A stretch of DNA of 53,582 nucleotides from Klebsormidium nitens (lineage: Eukaryota > Plantae > Klebsormidiophyceae). Made by a program: the position numbers and the translations under genes. The notes beneath the pieces were generated by a model. That model saw only the letters and a program-made list of their open reading frames with translations. It had not been told where the DNA came from and did no database searches. Positions 31,159 to 43,665 of the stretch are shown piece after piece (the first letter of the stretch is position 1; every line of letters begins with the position of its first letter). The stretch is from NCBI GenBank assembly GCA_000708835.1, contig DF237402.1, positions 1-53,582 of the forward strand. Reading direction: 5' to 3'.

Positions 31159-32112
31159 CTAGCAACACAATGTTCTCTCAAGACTGGCTGTCTTCAACTC
31201 AGGCAACTTGAATGAGTGGAAACGAGAATATTGGTGGCAACGAAGATGTACATATGATTTTGATTCCTTGCTACTAATCTGGTGAACGCACAGAGAAGAC
31301 GTTTGCTTACCCTTCGGCCATTTGTATACGGTGCCGTCCAAACCAACGACTTCCCCGGAGTGCTCGTCTTCGTCTAGAATCGAGTCAAAGATCTTGTCTC
31401 TCCACTCGAGGTCCTTCGGATTTCTTTTCAGGTTGATGGACCTCAGCATCATCAGCTCGTCCTCTGAAGGAACCTGTTTTGCCTTCGCTTCGTCAGGCAT
31501 GTAATCTGTCAGTCCTAGATCTGCTGCTGCACGGCTGACCACACGCGCATGGAAACTCTGCAGCCTCCTGACGCCGTGCTTTCCAACATATATGGTGAAC
31601 TTCTTGCTATGCCAGAGCGTTTTGAACAGCTTCGCTGCACTTAGTGGCGAGCTTGGAGCTGATCTATTTTGAGGCCTATCCTGAGAATCATTTTCCCCCC
31701 TGGACACATTGACTTCTTGGGAAGAGGTCCCTGCCAAGTTTCGTGCATCGAGATGCTTGCCACTTCTCTGCAATTCGACTGAACCTTTGCCTCCTCCGCT
31801 TTCTCTCGTTGTTTCTGTCTTTCCCCCTCTTGATCCTTCAGATGCGAGCCACGAATCTCTCAATTCTTTGAGAATCGTTTTATGACCCCTCTTGATTGCA
31901 GCGCCACTTTTCAGATCTTTAAAATCTTCAATGAGCGCGTCTCCCTTTTCTCCCTCCGCCAAGAAAACTCTGCCGCTGATTGCATCTTCGATAATAAACC
32001 TGGTATATAGGTCGCATTCAAGCTCCTTCGCAATCTCTCCTGCAAACTCTTCCACACCCAGATTACGCACGCGACTCATTGCTGCACCTACTTCATCTTG
32101 CACTGAAAGCAA
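31159..32112 (-). CDS. SAM-like-domain protein, probably part of a larger spliced gene
   Basis: LGVEEFAGEIAKELECDLYTRFIIEDAISGRVFL...LKSGAAIKRGHKTILKEL resembles a SAM domain. Confidence 0.4.
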   Translation of the reverse strand: MLSVQDEVGAAMSRVRNLGVEEFAGEIAKELECDLYTRFIIEDAISGRVFLAEGEKGDALIEDFKDLKSGAAIKRGHKTILKELRDSWLASEGSRGGKTETTRESGGGKGSVELQRSGKHLDARNLAGTSSQEVNVSRGENDSQDRPQNRSAPSSPLSAAKLFKTLWHSKKFTIYVGKHGVRRLQSFHARVVSRAAADLGLTDYMPDEAKAKQVPSEDELMMLRSINLKRNPKDLEWRDKIFDSILDEDEHSGEVVGLDGTVYKWPKGKQTSSLCVHQISSKESKSYVHLRCHQYSRFHSFKLPELKTASLERTLCC

Positions 32113-32869
32113 TATTAAAGGTCTCTGCAGGCCGCACGTATGTGCATGTGGTGACCCTTCTCACAAATTATGCATGCTGACCCTTGTTGAAGACTCGCAA
32201 AGAAGCAGCGCCTGTGCTGCTTGCAAACCTGATGAAAGGAACACTTGCAACGTAATTCTGCAATTCGACTCTTGGGAAAAGCTAGCGCCCTTTCAAACTT
32301 TCTCGCGGGCTTTACTAATATGAGGCGCGCAAAGATTCTACACGCTTGACGATACACGAAACTTTCGACTTCGATATATTTTGAACTTCCTTTTTAATAA
32401 TTTCTGCCTTTCAACCAGCTTAAAACGGGGTTAATCGACCGCAAACGGTTGAAACCAACGTGCATGCTGTTTCGAAATCGAAAACATTCAGAGACCTTTA
32501 GATTGCCAGTTGACGACTTTGAGCTTCGTTCAAGCATTCGAAGCCTGCCAAACATAAAGGATGCTGCGGGGATGCAAAGCACAGAATGTGCTCAAGTTGT
32601 TCAAGCATGGCGCAACGAAACGGAGAAAAGATCATAAAGATGACATGCACTAGGAATTTTGAAGAGTGAACCGTCCAGCTGCAATTGCAGGTCAAGATCA
32701 AGCCAGGTCAAGCCAGGTCAAGAGACCAGCAGCGCGTTCAATATCAGCAATATGGGAATTGCAGGTCTCCAAAACAGATGTTTGAAGAGCGCGCAGAAAG
32801 TAGCAACTTAAATATCAATCCTGTGACGAGCTTGATCGCGTTAGTCGAAGGAACAATCATCACTTTGAA

Positions 32870-35800
32870 ATGTTTCCTCTAGAGCCTCTTGATTCAGAGG
32901 GCAAAGTTTTGTGCACCTGCTCCTTGTGCACATCAAAAGGGAGCAGAGAAGGACGATATGTAACCGCTCGTACACGAAGAAAGCACCGTGAGCTCGACAA
33001 GGCTGAGACGCATGCGTATTCTACTCATGATCACCAAGCTACTCATGATCACCAAGCACGTGCTGCCACCGCAGCTCATCTAGAGCAGGTGCAAGGAGCG
33101 CGAGGCTCAGGGAACCAAGATTGGGGGGGACTCGGAGATGGGGGGGTTGAAGATCACGCTTCCCTTGGAACGGAAAGGTGCTCGAACCATGATTGTGAGG
33201 AGTCGACAAGATCTAAAAGCAGCAATGAAGCTGAAAGACTCGCTGGTCAACGAGCAAACATTGAAAGCTGGTTCAGTGGCGGGCAACTTTCTGACTTTGA
33301 GCTTGCAGACGAGAGAGAACGGCAGGAGAATGGACCAGCTTCCGTCTCTGATGTTGAGCTAAAGCTTATGGACTGTTTGGTGGACCTGGTAAAGCTTGGA
33401 GATAAGGCAGGGCTCAGTAACGAAACCATGGACAAGCTTGTTAAGTTGTGCATCTCCGCGACCGACTCGATTGCAGCGGCGATCGATCCTCAATGGAAGG
33501 AAACGGTGAAAAGGCTTGGTCTGCCTCAGTCGCATGACCAGGTAAGGCTCCCCTTGCCACGTAAAAAGGCAGTAATAGTCCAATTACTTTCCTGATTGGC
33601 TGTTTCATTACTCTGAAATTCAATGTTAACTAAACATTTGTATATATTGTGGCCAGTCAATCAAAGTGTAGATCAGCGGCAAGGTTATCGTTTTTGGTAA
33701 CTACGCAAATCAAAAACGCTCTGCTCAAGAACTCCTCGAACCAAAAATATCGATCTGAAAACTTGTATGACCTTTTTGCTTCTTTTTGCGAGCCGTCTTT
33801 CGCATTCTCACGTGTCTTCTTGGACGATTACGACCATGTTACTTCACGTTTCTCAATATCTAGGACCTTCTCTGTAACGTAATCACTGTGGAAAACAAGC
33901 GAAACCCCCTTTAGATCAACCTAGAGCACCCTTAACCCGCTTTTAAAGCCGCTTTGTATCATCCGTTCTGGCTCAGTTTCCCTCTTTCCGCAGCGCATGC
34001 TACTTGGCCAGAGATCATTTTCAGCCCGAAAGCTCTGTAATCTCGCTGATTCAAGAAACCTTAACTCGTTTCTGGTCTTAGAATTCTTAACCCCCTGCGT
34101 TCCAACTCGCTAACCACCCCCGGAAAATCCCTTTTCGGTTCCCCTAGTCAGATTTGCTTTTGAAATAACCCGTCTCGCAGCCCCAATTGATGACTCAATT
34201 TCACTTTGTTTCGCTTCCAAAGTTCGCAATCATCTTTTCTAATGCCTCTTCCAGACAATCGCAATCCTAGCATGCTCGTTTCACCAACTCCGTAAAATAC
34301 GCAGCTTGTCGTGTCCAGTGGTCGTTCCAGCACACCCGTTCAACACGAGCCCGTCTCCAATGACGTCAGCAGGTGCCGTGCTGAGCCAGACTGTCTTCGA
34401 TCGATCTTTCCTTCACTCCCGAGACTTTCATACCCAATTGCTCGAGACCACTTGGAAAATCTGCCTCAGAGCACCCGCAGCCCACTTTTAAAACCCGGTT
34501 TCGAACACCCGTTAGTTCAGCCCATTGTTTCCTTTTTCCGCAGCGCACGCTTCTTGTGCAGAGACCATTCTCAGCTCTGAAACCCTCTACTCCGGCTAAC
34601 TCGAGGCCCCTCAAGCCGTTTCTAATCCCAGAGTTGTTAGGCCTCTACTTTTCGACTTGCTGATCACCCCCGGGAAACCCCTTTTCAATTCCCCCAACCA
34701 GTCTCGCCACTAACATAACCCATCTCGCAACCTCAAATTTTGACCGGATTCCAAGCTTTTCCGTTTCAAAACTCTACTGACATGTTCTCGGCTGCCTCCT
34801 CCGGACATTCGCTACCCTAGCTTGCTCAATTCACATTTTCCGTTGGAATCGCGGCTTGTTTTGTTTGTCACGTCTTTCAGCGCATCTGTTCAACGCAGGT
34901 CCGTTTCAGATGACGTCAGCGGGTGCCGTTTCGAGGCGGACTGATTTGCATCGATGCTTCAAGTACTTTAAAGTCCTCTTTACACAATCCGCACCTTAGA
35001 CGATTACTTTCACCACTGAAACTTTTGCTACGACGAATCACATCATTCTTATTCACCAGGCATGGGTCAGCCATATCTGGTGTACCACACTCCAGTCCGC
35101 AACGAAACTTAGAATACTTCGCCACTTTTTGAGTCAGAAACCCTGATAACTCTCAAGGAGACGTCTAAACAAACACACCGCACTTTTCAGATTAAAAATC
35201 CAAAACGTTTTGAACCCGGCGCGTCCGTCTTAAAAAGCCGCTTCCATCTTTACCTTTTCCAGTCCCCAAACTCACTCGATCCTTGCTGACGTCAAACCTC
35301 TCCTTGTGCAGATGTCGAATTACCTTGCGAAATCGTCACGTCTGCTCGGAGAGGTGCAGCCGTACCGCTGGCACCCTGGCCCCGACAAAGGCAAGAACAA
35401 GGGCCATTGGCATCTTTTCGCACCGAGTCCTGAGGACTGCAAGTCCACCCCGTGCCCCGAGTGTGAAGACCGGCCAGGCAGGCCAGCGTGGCGAGACTGC
35501 CCCGAGCACCAAGAAAAGTGCCCCGACTGCGGGTTTTTGCGCCGGGATGCCTTCGAACTTCCTTTCATCTCCCCCGAGCTGCATGCTCGTGCAAAGCTCA
35601 CCACAGGCGAGGGTTGCAAGGATGCCACGGTGAGAGGGGCTTGGGGGGAGCGGGACCACTGGTTGGGGCAACCGAAAGGGGGGGTTCACGAGCCGCAGTC
35701 CGAAGTGTGGGACGGGGAGCGTTGGCGAGACGACGCAGCCTTTTTCGATCCCCAGTCCAGCTTCCTTCTCCCCCTGAAATGCAACGAGTGCTGCAGAAAC

Positions 35801-38149
35801 CGGAGCGTGTATTGTGCCCAAAGCTTCCAACCCCCGTGGTTTTCCCGGCCAACCCCTCAGATGTGGTGTGCGGAACGGAAGCGGTTCAAAGCTCGATGTC
35901 CGGTCTGCAAAGGGGCGATCGTGGCGACTTTGAAGGAGCTTCAGAAACGGGGGGATCCAAGAAATCTGAAGTTGGGACTTCACCTGGACGGCTTTCCCTC
36001 CGCGAGCACATCCAATAAGTCGAGCTGCATTATGGACGTGTTCCCAATGACGGTGTCGAAACTGAATCTGCACAAGGGAGCGGAAGACTGGCTGTGGCCG
36101 GTCATGTACCCCCAAAAAATGCAGATGGTCCCGAGGCCGGACAGCTATGATGCCTTCCTGCTGGTCCTCGTCCTCGACGCCCTAAGGCTGTTCATCGAGG
36201 GCTTTGAAATCGACTACGCCCTCCCCCCGGAAGAGATCAGTGCCCATCTTCCCCCCCGCAGCGGACCGGTCAGAATTCGGATGATGGTCTCGAGCGTTTT
36301 CTCCGACCTCCCAGCGCTCGCGGACATGATCAAGTTCAAGTTGGGGGGATACCACGTGTCCAGAGGTTGCAAGCACGTCGGCAGCTACGTCGACGGAAGG
36401 CTGGTTTACACAGACGGACGCCGACTCGCCCGCGACGGGTGCGCCCCGAAGACGATGGACGAGGTCGCGGCGGCTATGTTGGAGCACCTGGGGGCGGAAA
36501 CGAAAACGGAGCGGACGGAAATCGGGCACCGGACAGGCGTCATCGGCTTCAGCATGCTGCTTCTCCTTTGGGCGGCCCACTGTCTCCACCTAGTGCTTGA
36601 CGTCTGCAGCGACTTCTTGCACTGCGGGCCCGAAAACCTCTGCAAGCACCTGATCCGCGACATGCTGTACGGGGTGAGCCGGAAGCAGGGGGAAACAACG
36701 GAATTAGTCGAACCCCCCCGGGCGGATCTGAAGGAGTTCGGCAAGCGACTGGCGGGGATCAATCCGACTAGAAAGCTCGCAGACGGCCGGTGGCCCGCAG
36801 ACCCGGCAAAGCGGCCCCTGGGTTGGTGGAAAGCGGACGAGCACATGAAGGCGGCAACGGTGTGCTTCGTCACCGCTTTCGCGGGTATCACCGACCCGGA
36901 AGCGTATGCGGTGGTCCAGCTCGTGGCCTGCATCCACCAGCTGGTGTTTGTCGTCGGCACAAGGGGGGGGTGGACAGCCGAGCTGGCGCACTTGTTCCGG
37001 CAGCTGTGCAAGGCCAAGCTGGTTCGCGCCGAGGAGGACGCGCTGCCCAAACTGCGACCCCTGGAGCACGAGACGTGCTTGCACATGCCGGGAAACGTCC
37101 GGATGCACGGGCCCCCCGACGCGTACTGGTGCTACGCGCAGGAGCGGTACATCCGGAAGCTAGTCAACACTCCGAATAACGGAAAGCAGATCGAGGCGAC
37201 CCTCCATAGGCGGACCTTGGCGGCTCTGACGGTCGGGTGGCTGCAGCGCCGCCAAAAAGAGGAGCGGCTTCGCGCGGCCGGCCGGACTGCGGGCGACGAG
37301 TTGTGGGCGCGCGCGCGCGCGCGCACGGCGGACGGCGTCCTCTTCGCTGCGTCGCAAAAGGAGGCCAGGTCCTACTTGACCCAGTTGGAGAGAGAGCCGC
37401 CACGGGACGGGAGGCCGTCAGACGAGCGGCTTTTAGCAAGCATGCGAACGGAGGGGGTGGTAGTCGGTTAGCTGCCGGAAAACTGGGAGCGGCGGTCTTT
37501 CACGCGCCTCGAGAATCCGCAGCGGTTGGCCGTCGAGAGCATTCTGGACAGAGAGGCGCGGGCGGCCGGGAGGACGCCGGGTGTAGGGACTCGATTGGAA
37601 GCGGGTACTGTCAAACGGGCGAAGAGCGTGCAATTGGGGGAGTTCAACTTTGCGGTCGGGGATCACGCTGTCCTGAGTCCGGAAGCTTCGGGCCGGCCGG
37701 AGGAGTACGTGTTGGTGGACTCGTTTTTCACAGCTAAGCCGCAGAACGGTCCCCGGAGGGTGTTCGTCCAGTTTTCGGCCTTTCGGACCCAACAAGACGG
37801 GGTATCCGGGGTACCTGTGGGCGGCACTCACCATAACTGCCTCATGCTGCACCCCCTCGAGCAAGCCCAGAAGCGCGTGCGACTGGCTCGGGACCTGCAG
37901 CGGCGGTTCATCCCGTGCCCGGCCCCTGGAGAGACCGTTTTCACCGGAAGCAGCCACGTGATCGAGGTCGCCCCGAGCGGCTTCGGTTTTGAGGCACATG
38001 ACGTGTGGGTGCCGGTTTACCCCCGGGTGAGCGCGCTCACTGTTTTGGGCTCACTCTTCTGGGACGAACTTCTAGCAGTACTATGCTTTTCTTCGATTCC
38101 AAATATACTTCTTTACAATGGACTCCTTGACATTGAGTCTTCGTTTTGA
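32870..38149 (+). mobile_element. CACTA/EnSpm (CMC) transposase gene, spliced: exon 32870-33541, intron 33542-35311, exon 35312-38149; one in-frame TAG at 37469-37471
   Basis: Exon 1 has CTCSLC...TRRKH and LVKLGDKAGLSNETMDKLVKL...LPQS. Phase-0 GT..AG join with CTGAC branch site at 35286. Exon 2 has GLHLDGF, SDLPA, DFLH and H..LHMP....HGP...YWCYAQERY (Transposase_21/DUF4218-like). The frame continues past the stop into ORF 37526-38149. Confidence 0.85.
33935..35050. repeat. Diverged ~550-bp direct duplication inside the transposase intron
   Basis: tttccgcagcgca near 33985 and 34535; atgacgtcagc(a/g)ggtgccgt near 34360 and 34910. Confidence 0.55.
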
Positions 38150-39114
38150 TTTACTGTAGTGTAACGGTTTTGGTTTTCAACTCTTCCTCTTCACGGTTTT
38201 GTCGACGTCATGCGCGCGGTTCCTTTTCTAGACGCGAGAAGGCGAGAAGAGTACAGAAAGAGTCGATGCGGAGAAAGAGCTCTCGCTTGTTCGTTGTCTT
38301 GGCAAGCATCGGCCGGCGCTTTGTGAGTTAGACAAGCCGCTGCTGAAACAAAGACGTATTAACATGTGCGGATAGGATATTCTGCAGTCAAAACCTGATG
38401 CGTCAACCATATCTAAGATCTTCGGATTACTTCTCATTGGGCGGCTGCGCTTGATTCAATGTACGATTCTTCAGCTGCTTCTTGGCAGTCATACTCGGAC
38501 TCGTCTCCTGCCATTCCTTTAAAATGGTGCCTCTCATTGTTTTCGCTTACTTGTGGGTTCAGCCGCTAATCGTTTCATTAAAGTCTGATGAATCGCAGAC
38601 TGCTGCGAGTTTTCCTGTCGTTTTCTCTATTTACAAGCCGTTTACTTGTCCTTCTTTACAAGATACAAGCTGGTTGTTTATATTTTACCCGTGATGCGTT
38701 GAGGTTCTCTAAGCAATAAGAGGCTTTGATAACGCATCGCAATCGTAAGGGCAATCCGCTTTGGGTCGAAGGACACCTCTCGGACTTCTCTTCAGATACA
38801 TCAGATTCTACTCGCCGCCGCTAAAAATAGACTGCTTTTTAAGCGCTCTTATTGTGCTGCTGTTGACCTGCTCATACTTCCATCTCTTTAGCTCTAAGAG
38901 GGGCATAGCATACTTTCTGGTCGTTCAAGTTTCGGCCGTTTGCAAAATCCTCAGAGGCACCTAATTATTCATCCGTTCTGAACATGCATGGCGGCGTTGA
39001 CTGGTCATCTTTGCGCTACTGATTTCTGTCCTTGAATGATCAGCAGAAGACTGCTCTTACAGTGATTTTAACTGCCATCAACTGAACTCGCTCAGTCTTC
39101 TTGGTGACGCATCC

Positions 39115-39621
39115 ATGTGTGGCATCTTCTCAGCTTTACCAACGGACAAAACCAATCCGTGCTTGCAGGTTGGCGACGTGGTGAGGCTGGCCGTCCGTGA
39201 ACCTCCGGACGTACGCCAAGAGGGCGTTCAAGAGCAGTGGGGGTACGGAGTTCCGTACGACATCCTCAAATCCGTCAAGCCTGGGTTCTCACTCTCGTAC
39301 GCAGTGGTCAAGGAAGTCAGCAGCGGCCAGGGAAGGATGGCCGTCGTGCAGTGGCTGCGGCGTTCCGAACTCGCTGCACCGGACGGGGAGGAAAGCGACT
39401 GGACGTTGTGGCCCGTAGCCGGGCGCACGGCGATGGACGTTGATGACGTCAGCGAGAGCGAATCGAGTGAGAGCGACGACGAGAGCGCGGGCGCGTTTGA
39501 GCTGAAGCGAGTCACGTGGAATTCTATAGTCGACCTGGTCGAGTCAGTAGAAACGTTCGAGGACGATCGGGGGACCGTGTTCCGCTTCAAGACGCTGCCG
39601 CCAGTGCGGGTGCGAGTTTAG
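39115..39621 (+). CDS. BAH-like-domain exon, possible accessory gene of the CACTA element
   Basis: After a cttgcag acceptor: VGDVVRL...YAVVKEV...AVVQWLRRSEL; acidic linker. Confidence 0.35.
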   Translation: MCGIFSALPTDKTNPCLQVGDVVRLAVREPPDVRQEGVQEQWGYGVPYDILKSVKPGFSLSYAVVKEVSSGQGRMAVVQWLRRSELAAPDGEESDWTLWPVAGRTAMDVDDVSESESSESDDESAGAFELKRVTWNSIVDLVESVETFEDDRGTVFRFKTLPPVRVRV

Positions 39622-40724
39622 GGTGTTCTGGCAGAACGTTTTTAAAAGGGACCGCCAAGCGAGGGGCCGGAAACTAGGATGGGGAGAAAAACGGTGGCGA
39701 GAGTGGAGAGGAAAATTGTCGGGGCTCCGGTCGCGTTAGCGAAATGGTCGAGGCGGCGCAAGACAAAGAGAGAGAAGCCTGGGTTTCGAATCAGGAAGCA
39801 AAAGAGAAATGAAACGGAAGCAGAGCGGGCCGAGAAAGCGGAAGGAAGCTGAACCGGAACCGGAAACGGATCGGAGAGCGGAATCGAAACGGAGACCGGA
39901 ACTGGAACCGGAATTGAGCTCGAAGTTGGAAGCGGAAACGAAAGCGGAATTGGCAACGGGACGAAATGGAAACGGAACAAGTTACAGGGACGGAACTTGC
40001 ATCATCGGATTTGAAAGCCGTGTTGAACGGAAAGCGGCAGCGCAAACGGAAGCGGATTGGAGCGGGGGAGGGAAACGGAGTTCCGGTGAAGCAACGGAGG
40101 AGGGGGGGAACATTGTAGAGCGTTGTTTCGAAAATTGTTGGGGTTGCGGTTCTGTATACCATCCAGTTGCAAGGGAGTTGCAAGGGGGTATACTATTTGA
40201 TTGAGGACTACGTTGAAATCCATCAGAAAGTGGCCTGGATAACATAGGTTATCTTGTTTCATTTATACAAACCTCAGTTGAATTGATCCGATCAGCATCC
40301 GAGGTGGTATATCATTTACTTGCTTTAAGAGTATGGTACGCGAGCAACACGTTAGTTCAATCTGATTGGCTCTCGAAATCGAACCATTCCGAAACGTACT
40401 GCGGGTTCGAGTTGTAATAGCTTGTGCGAGCTTCTATCTGTCACCCCTGTTTCGCGGAGTGCTCAAGTGCGCCTGAGTTGCACATGTTATAATTGTTTGA
40501 TTCTGTACATATGAAACATACATCTACACACATGGCTGGAACTCCTGGCTTCCAGCAGAGACTTAGTCTCGCCCATCTGCATGTGCGCATCCGTTTCGGA
40601 TTCAGAGACCAGATTGACTACGAGTGTCTGATTACAATAGAGCGATTTGTATGGCTCGTAAGCAATCCACGTGATTACTGGCAACGGTTAAGCCGTTGAT
40701 TGCTGCTCGGTCATGTCCTAGGGG

Positions 40725-41057
40725 TCTTGCCCGGTTTTTGACCTTCCCCGCTCATCATTCTGCTGCCCGATCCTTGTTGCCCGATCTCGGCCGATCTTGT
40801 TGCCCGATCTTCTTCGCTGCCCGGCCACAACTTTGCTGCCCGGTGTTTGTTGCCCGGCCAGCGCCGTACTTCCCCGGCCACCCGCGTTGCCCGGTCATTC
40901 TGCAAATCCGGGCAATGCAAGCTGAAGTTCTTTGCCCGGTCATGTGTCCGGGCAGGGATCTCGCATGTCCGGGCAGGACACCGGAAGCCCGGGCAGCGCT
41001 GGCGAGCATAGGGGTGGCCGGGCAAGAAGACCGGGCAAACCGGTTTTCCGCCCTGTG
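40725..41057 (+). mobile_element. GCCCGG/CCGGGC-rich element, second copy
   Basis: Same motif density and the shared end ccgggcaaaccggttttccgccctgtg, matching 23746 in inverted orientation. Confidence 0.55.
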
Positions 41058-41164
41058 AGTGTCACGAAGGAAATCCATTGCAGTATATACATGTCAATGA
41101 AAAAGTTTTACGAAGCGATCGCATGTCAGTCATTGAGTCACAAATGATATCGCCTCATGATAAG

Positions 41165-41287
41165 GTGCATCAGTGCATTATCTGCATCAGCATATTACAT
41201 CAGTATATTGCATCAGTGCATCAGTTGCTTGCATAAGTGCATCAGTGCATGAGAAACTTGCATCAGTTGCATCAGTTGTCGCATCAC
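41165..41287. repeat. TGCATCAG-type imperfect minisatellite
   Basis: Many (t)gcatcag(t) units directly upstream of MITE copy 2. Confidence 0.6.
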
Positions 41288-41293
41288 TTAATA

Positions 41294-41764
41294 CAATTTT
41301 CGTCGAAAATGTCGCCTGAGATATGTAACGCTTGAAGATCTGAATGTGCGTTTAAAACCCCCTGAAAATTATCAGAAGGTACTGTATGTTCTAATCATGA
41401 GCATCACTTGTTACCGACTGGAAGAGTGGCTAGCACTGTCCTAAGCGTGCCCCGTCAACATACGGTATGAGACCTCCATCAAAAGGCCCATCTTTGAGCT
41501 TCCCTGAAGCGCGATTGCACGCTGTGCAATGTACCAGCGTCGCTTGGATTTGGGCTGGAGGTCTATGGCATGGCATAGGAGTATCAGTACTTGTCCACAA
41601 AAAGGAATAGTATTCTTCAGTACCCAGTTACTCTGGTCAGGCTCTGCCTACCAAGGACGCTGGACGGCTGAGGGATAGCCAGTTAACTCTGGTATTATTG
41701 CTATTTATCGCCTTTTCTTGTGGCCCACGTTACATAATAGGGGCGACAGTTTGGGCGAAAATGG
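41294..41764. mobile_element. MITE copy 2
   Basis: 471 bp, differing from 9034-9503 at only a handful of positions; TA flanks; different flanking DNA. Confidence 0.85.
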
Positions 41765-41889
41765 TAATGAATGCACTGTGCAACAAATAGATGAGCTGAT
41801 CCTGGTTGCATCAGGTTGAATGAAAATGTCGTGGCTTGTTCTTAGAAGAAATACAACACAGGGCCTTTTGCAATTGATTCCAGGGCATT

Positions 41890-42447
41890 TTAACCACCGT
41901 TCTGGTGTTGCATGACATCGATTTTATAGCGCTCTCCTGACCTCCACGGTATTCCTGAATGTGTCACTGTTTTCTCGTCACACAGCATCTGGTAAGCAGA
42001 AAGACTTGAAAGACCAGCTTCTTCCCGGAAGTCTTTGAGACAACCGGCCCAGGTCTTTTTTGCAGGGAAGTGATACCTATATTGCTCCCCATTTTGAGGC
42101 TTGAATGTGACATAGACTTGCTTCCTGAGCTCACCCAGACTCTTTACCAGGAAGTCTGTGCTCAGCTGATTTTTACCAACATAATCTCTAAATTCCTTGC
42201 AGGTAATCGTGTGTAGCTCCTTGTCAGCATCCCAAGTTGCAACAAGTGCAAGGAATTCTGGGTTCCTGTCGTTGCTCCTGTTGCGGCTCTGCAGCATTTC
42301 ATGCAGCACAAACAGTGACAGTCCATCCTCGCCAACAGTGACCGTTTGCGCCATTGCTGTTTTGCTGTACCCCCTGCAAATTCTACCTTCCACCGGCGCG
42401 GCGTTCTTTCCGGCCTGAACTCCGATCAAGTGACTCTGTCGAACCAT
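41890..42447 (-). CDS. SUMO-like protein with N-terminal extension, ending in mature Gly-Gly
   Basis: VYVTFKPQNGEQYRYHF...YQMLCDEKTV...IP...YKIDVMQHQNGG* aligns with plant SUMO (INLKVKGQDGNEVFFRI...IAFLFDGRRL...TP...EIDAMLHQTGG). The start may be the ATG at 42354. Confidence 0.75.
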   Translation of the reverse strand: MVRQSHLIGVQAGKNAAPVEGRICRGYSKTAMAQTVTVGEDGLSLFVLHEMLQSRNRSNDRNPEFLALVATWDADKELHTITCKEFRDYVGKNQLSTDFLVKSLGELRKQVYVTFKPQNGEQYRYHFPAKKTWAGCLKDFREEAGLSSLSAYQMLCDEKTVTHSGIPWRSGERYKIDVMQHQNGG

Positions 42448-42478
42448 AATTTAGTGTAATCTTAATTTGGCAGGCGGT

Positions 42479-43548
42479 ATGGGCGCTCCCTGCACCCATG
42501 TGGAGGATCTCCTGAACAGGCTGTGCAACAATCAGCTCTGCCATCGGCTGGCTGAAGCTGCAACAATGGTGCTGGTTTGTCCTCTATGTCATAGCATGCG
42601 AGCAAACCACCTCCTGATGTCAGAGCAGGTTGCCAGGGATGCTACTGGAATTTTAAGGGATCTCTTAGTGGATGAGTTGCTACCACAGCTTGTGCAGCAG
42701 AAGAGCAACTTTCAAAGACAAACCCGCACCACTGTCAAGACAATTGCAATCCGGAACCAGATTAACCAGGACATCCTGGTCAATCCTGTAAGGGGAAAGC
42801 AATGCCGCCATGCAGACTGCTTTGAGCTTTTGGATTATCTTGAGCGGTGGCATATTCACAAAGGGAAGTGTGAATTATGCGACAAACCGGCACCCTTGAA
42901 GTCACTGGCTCTAGATGCCGAGCTGCAGCACTTCTGCAAGCAGGACCATGTGAAAGAGTCAGGATATGAGAGGGCAAACCTGAATCGGGACAACACCTTA
43001 ACGCTGCCCTCTGACACTCTGCTTGTCCTTAACCTTGAAGAAATGGAGGTGCCTGACAGACCAGTCAAAGAAGAGATTGTCCCACACCAAGGGGGTGTTC
43101 CAGAAGCTTCTTCAAGCACCGTGACCCAAGATAAGGTAAATTTTGCCGCTTTCTTTACCCGTTGGCAGTGTTATCAGTGCACTGTAATGCTTGCACATGC
43201 GCATGACAACAGCGATGCACCCATCACACTGTATTCATGTGCCAGCATTGGTGTTGGAGGATTGATTGTCATCGGGCTCCTTTCATGGTAATGCAACGTG
43301 ATTACTGGCAGGTCTATGAGGACGACGACGTCATGCCTTGGCCTCAAGATGCTCCTACAGAGGTGGCTGCTTGGGAAGCTCTTGGAGTGAAACCGTGTAG
43401 GAGGAGAGGCGAGTTGCTCTGGGTATTCTACTTTAAGCGTGATGGTGTAGGGAGGAAATGTGTCACTAGCAAGGATTTCTGGAAGGGCGTAGAGAAGGCT
43501 TTGGCTAAGATAGATAGGTCCTTACCAAACACGTTCCAAAGAACCTGA
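42479..43548 (+). CDS. SP-RING (zf-MIZ, Siz/PIAS-type) protein; exons 42479-43135 and 43312-43548
   Basis: NPVRGKQCRHADCFELLDYL...KCELCDKP; phase-0 GT..AG intron 43136-43311 joins in frame to VYEDDDV...FQRT*. Confidence 0.75.
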
Positions 43549-43665
43549 TGAGAGTTTGCAGAAGACGATGATCAAACGTACTTTGGCAGAGGATATCGAA
43601 TTCTCAACGTCTATAATTTGATGCAAAACGCATGATAGAGTTGTATATTTAGCGCAAACATCATT

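Noticed and set aside
32648-32660. CACTAGGAATTTT as the CACTA left terminus
   Set aside because: No matching TAGTG inverted end was found downstream in the window.
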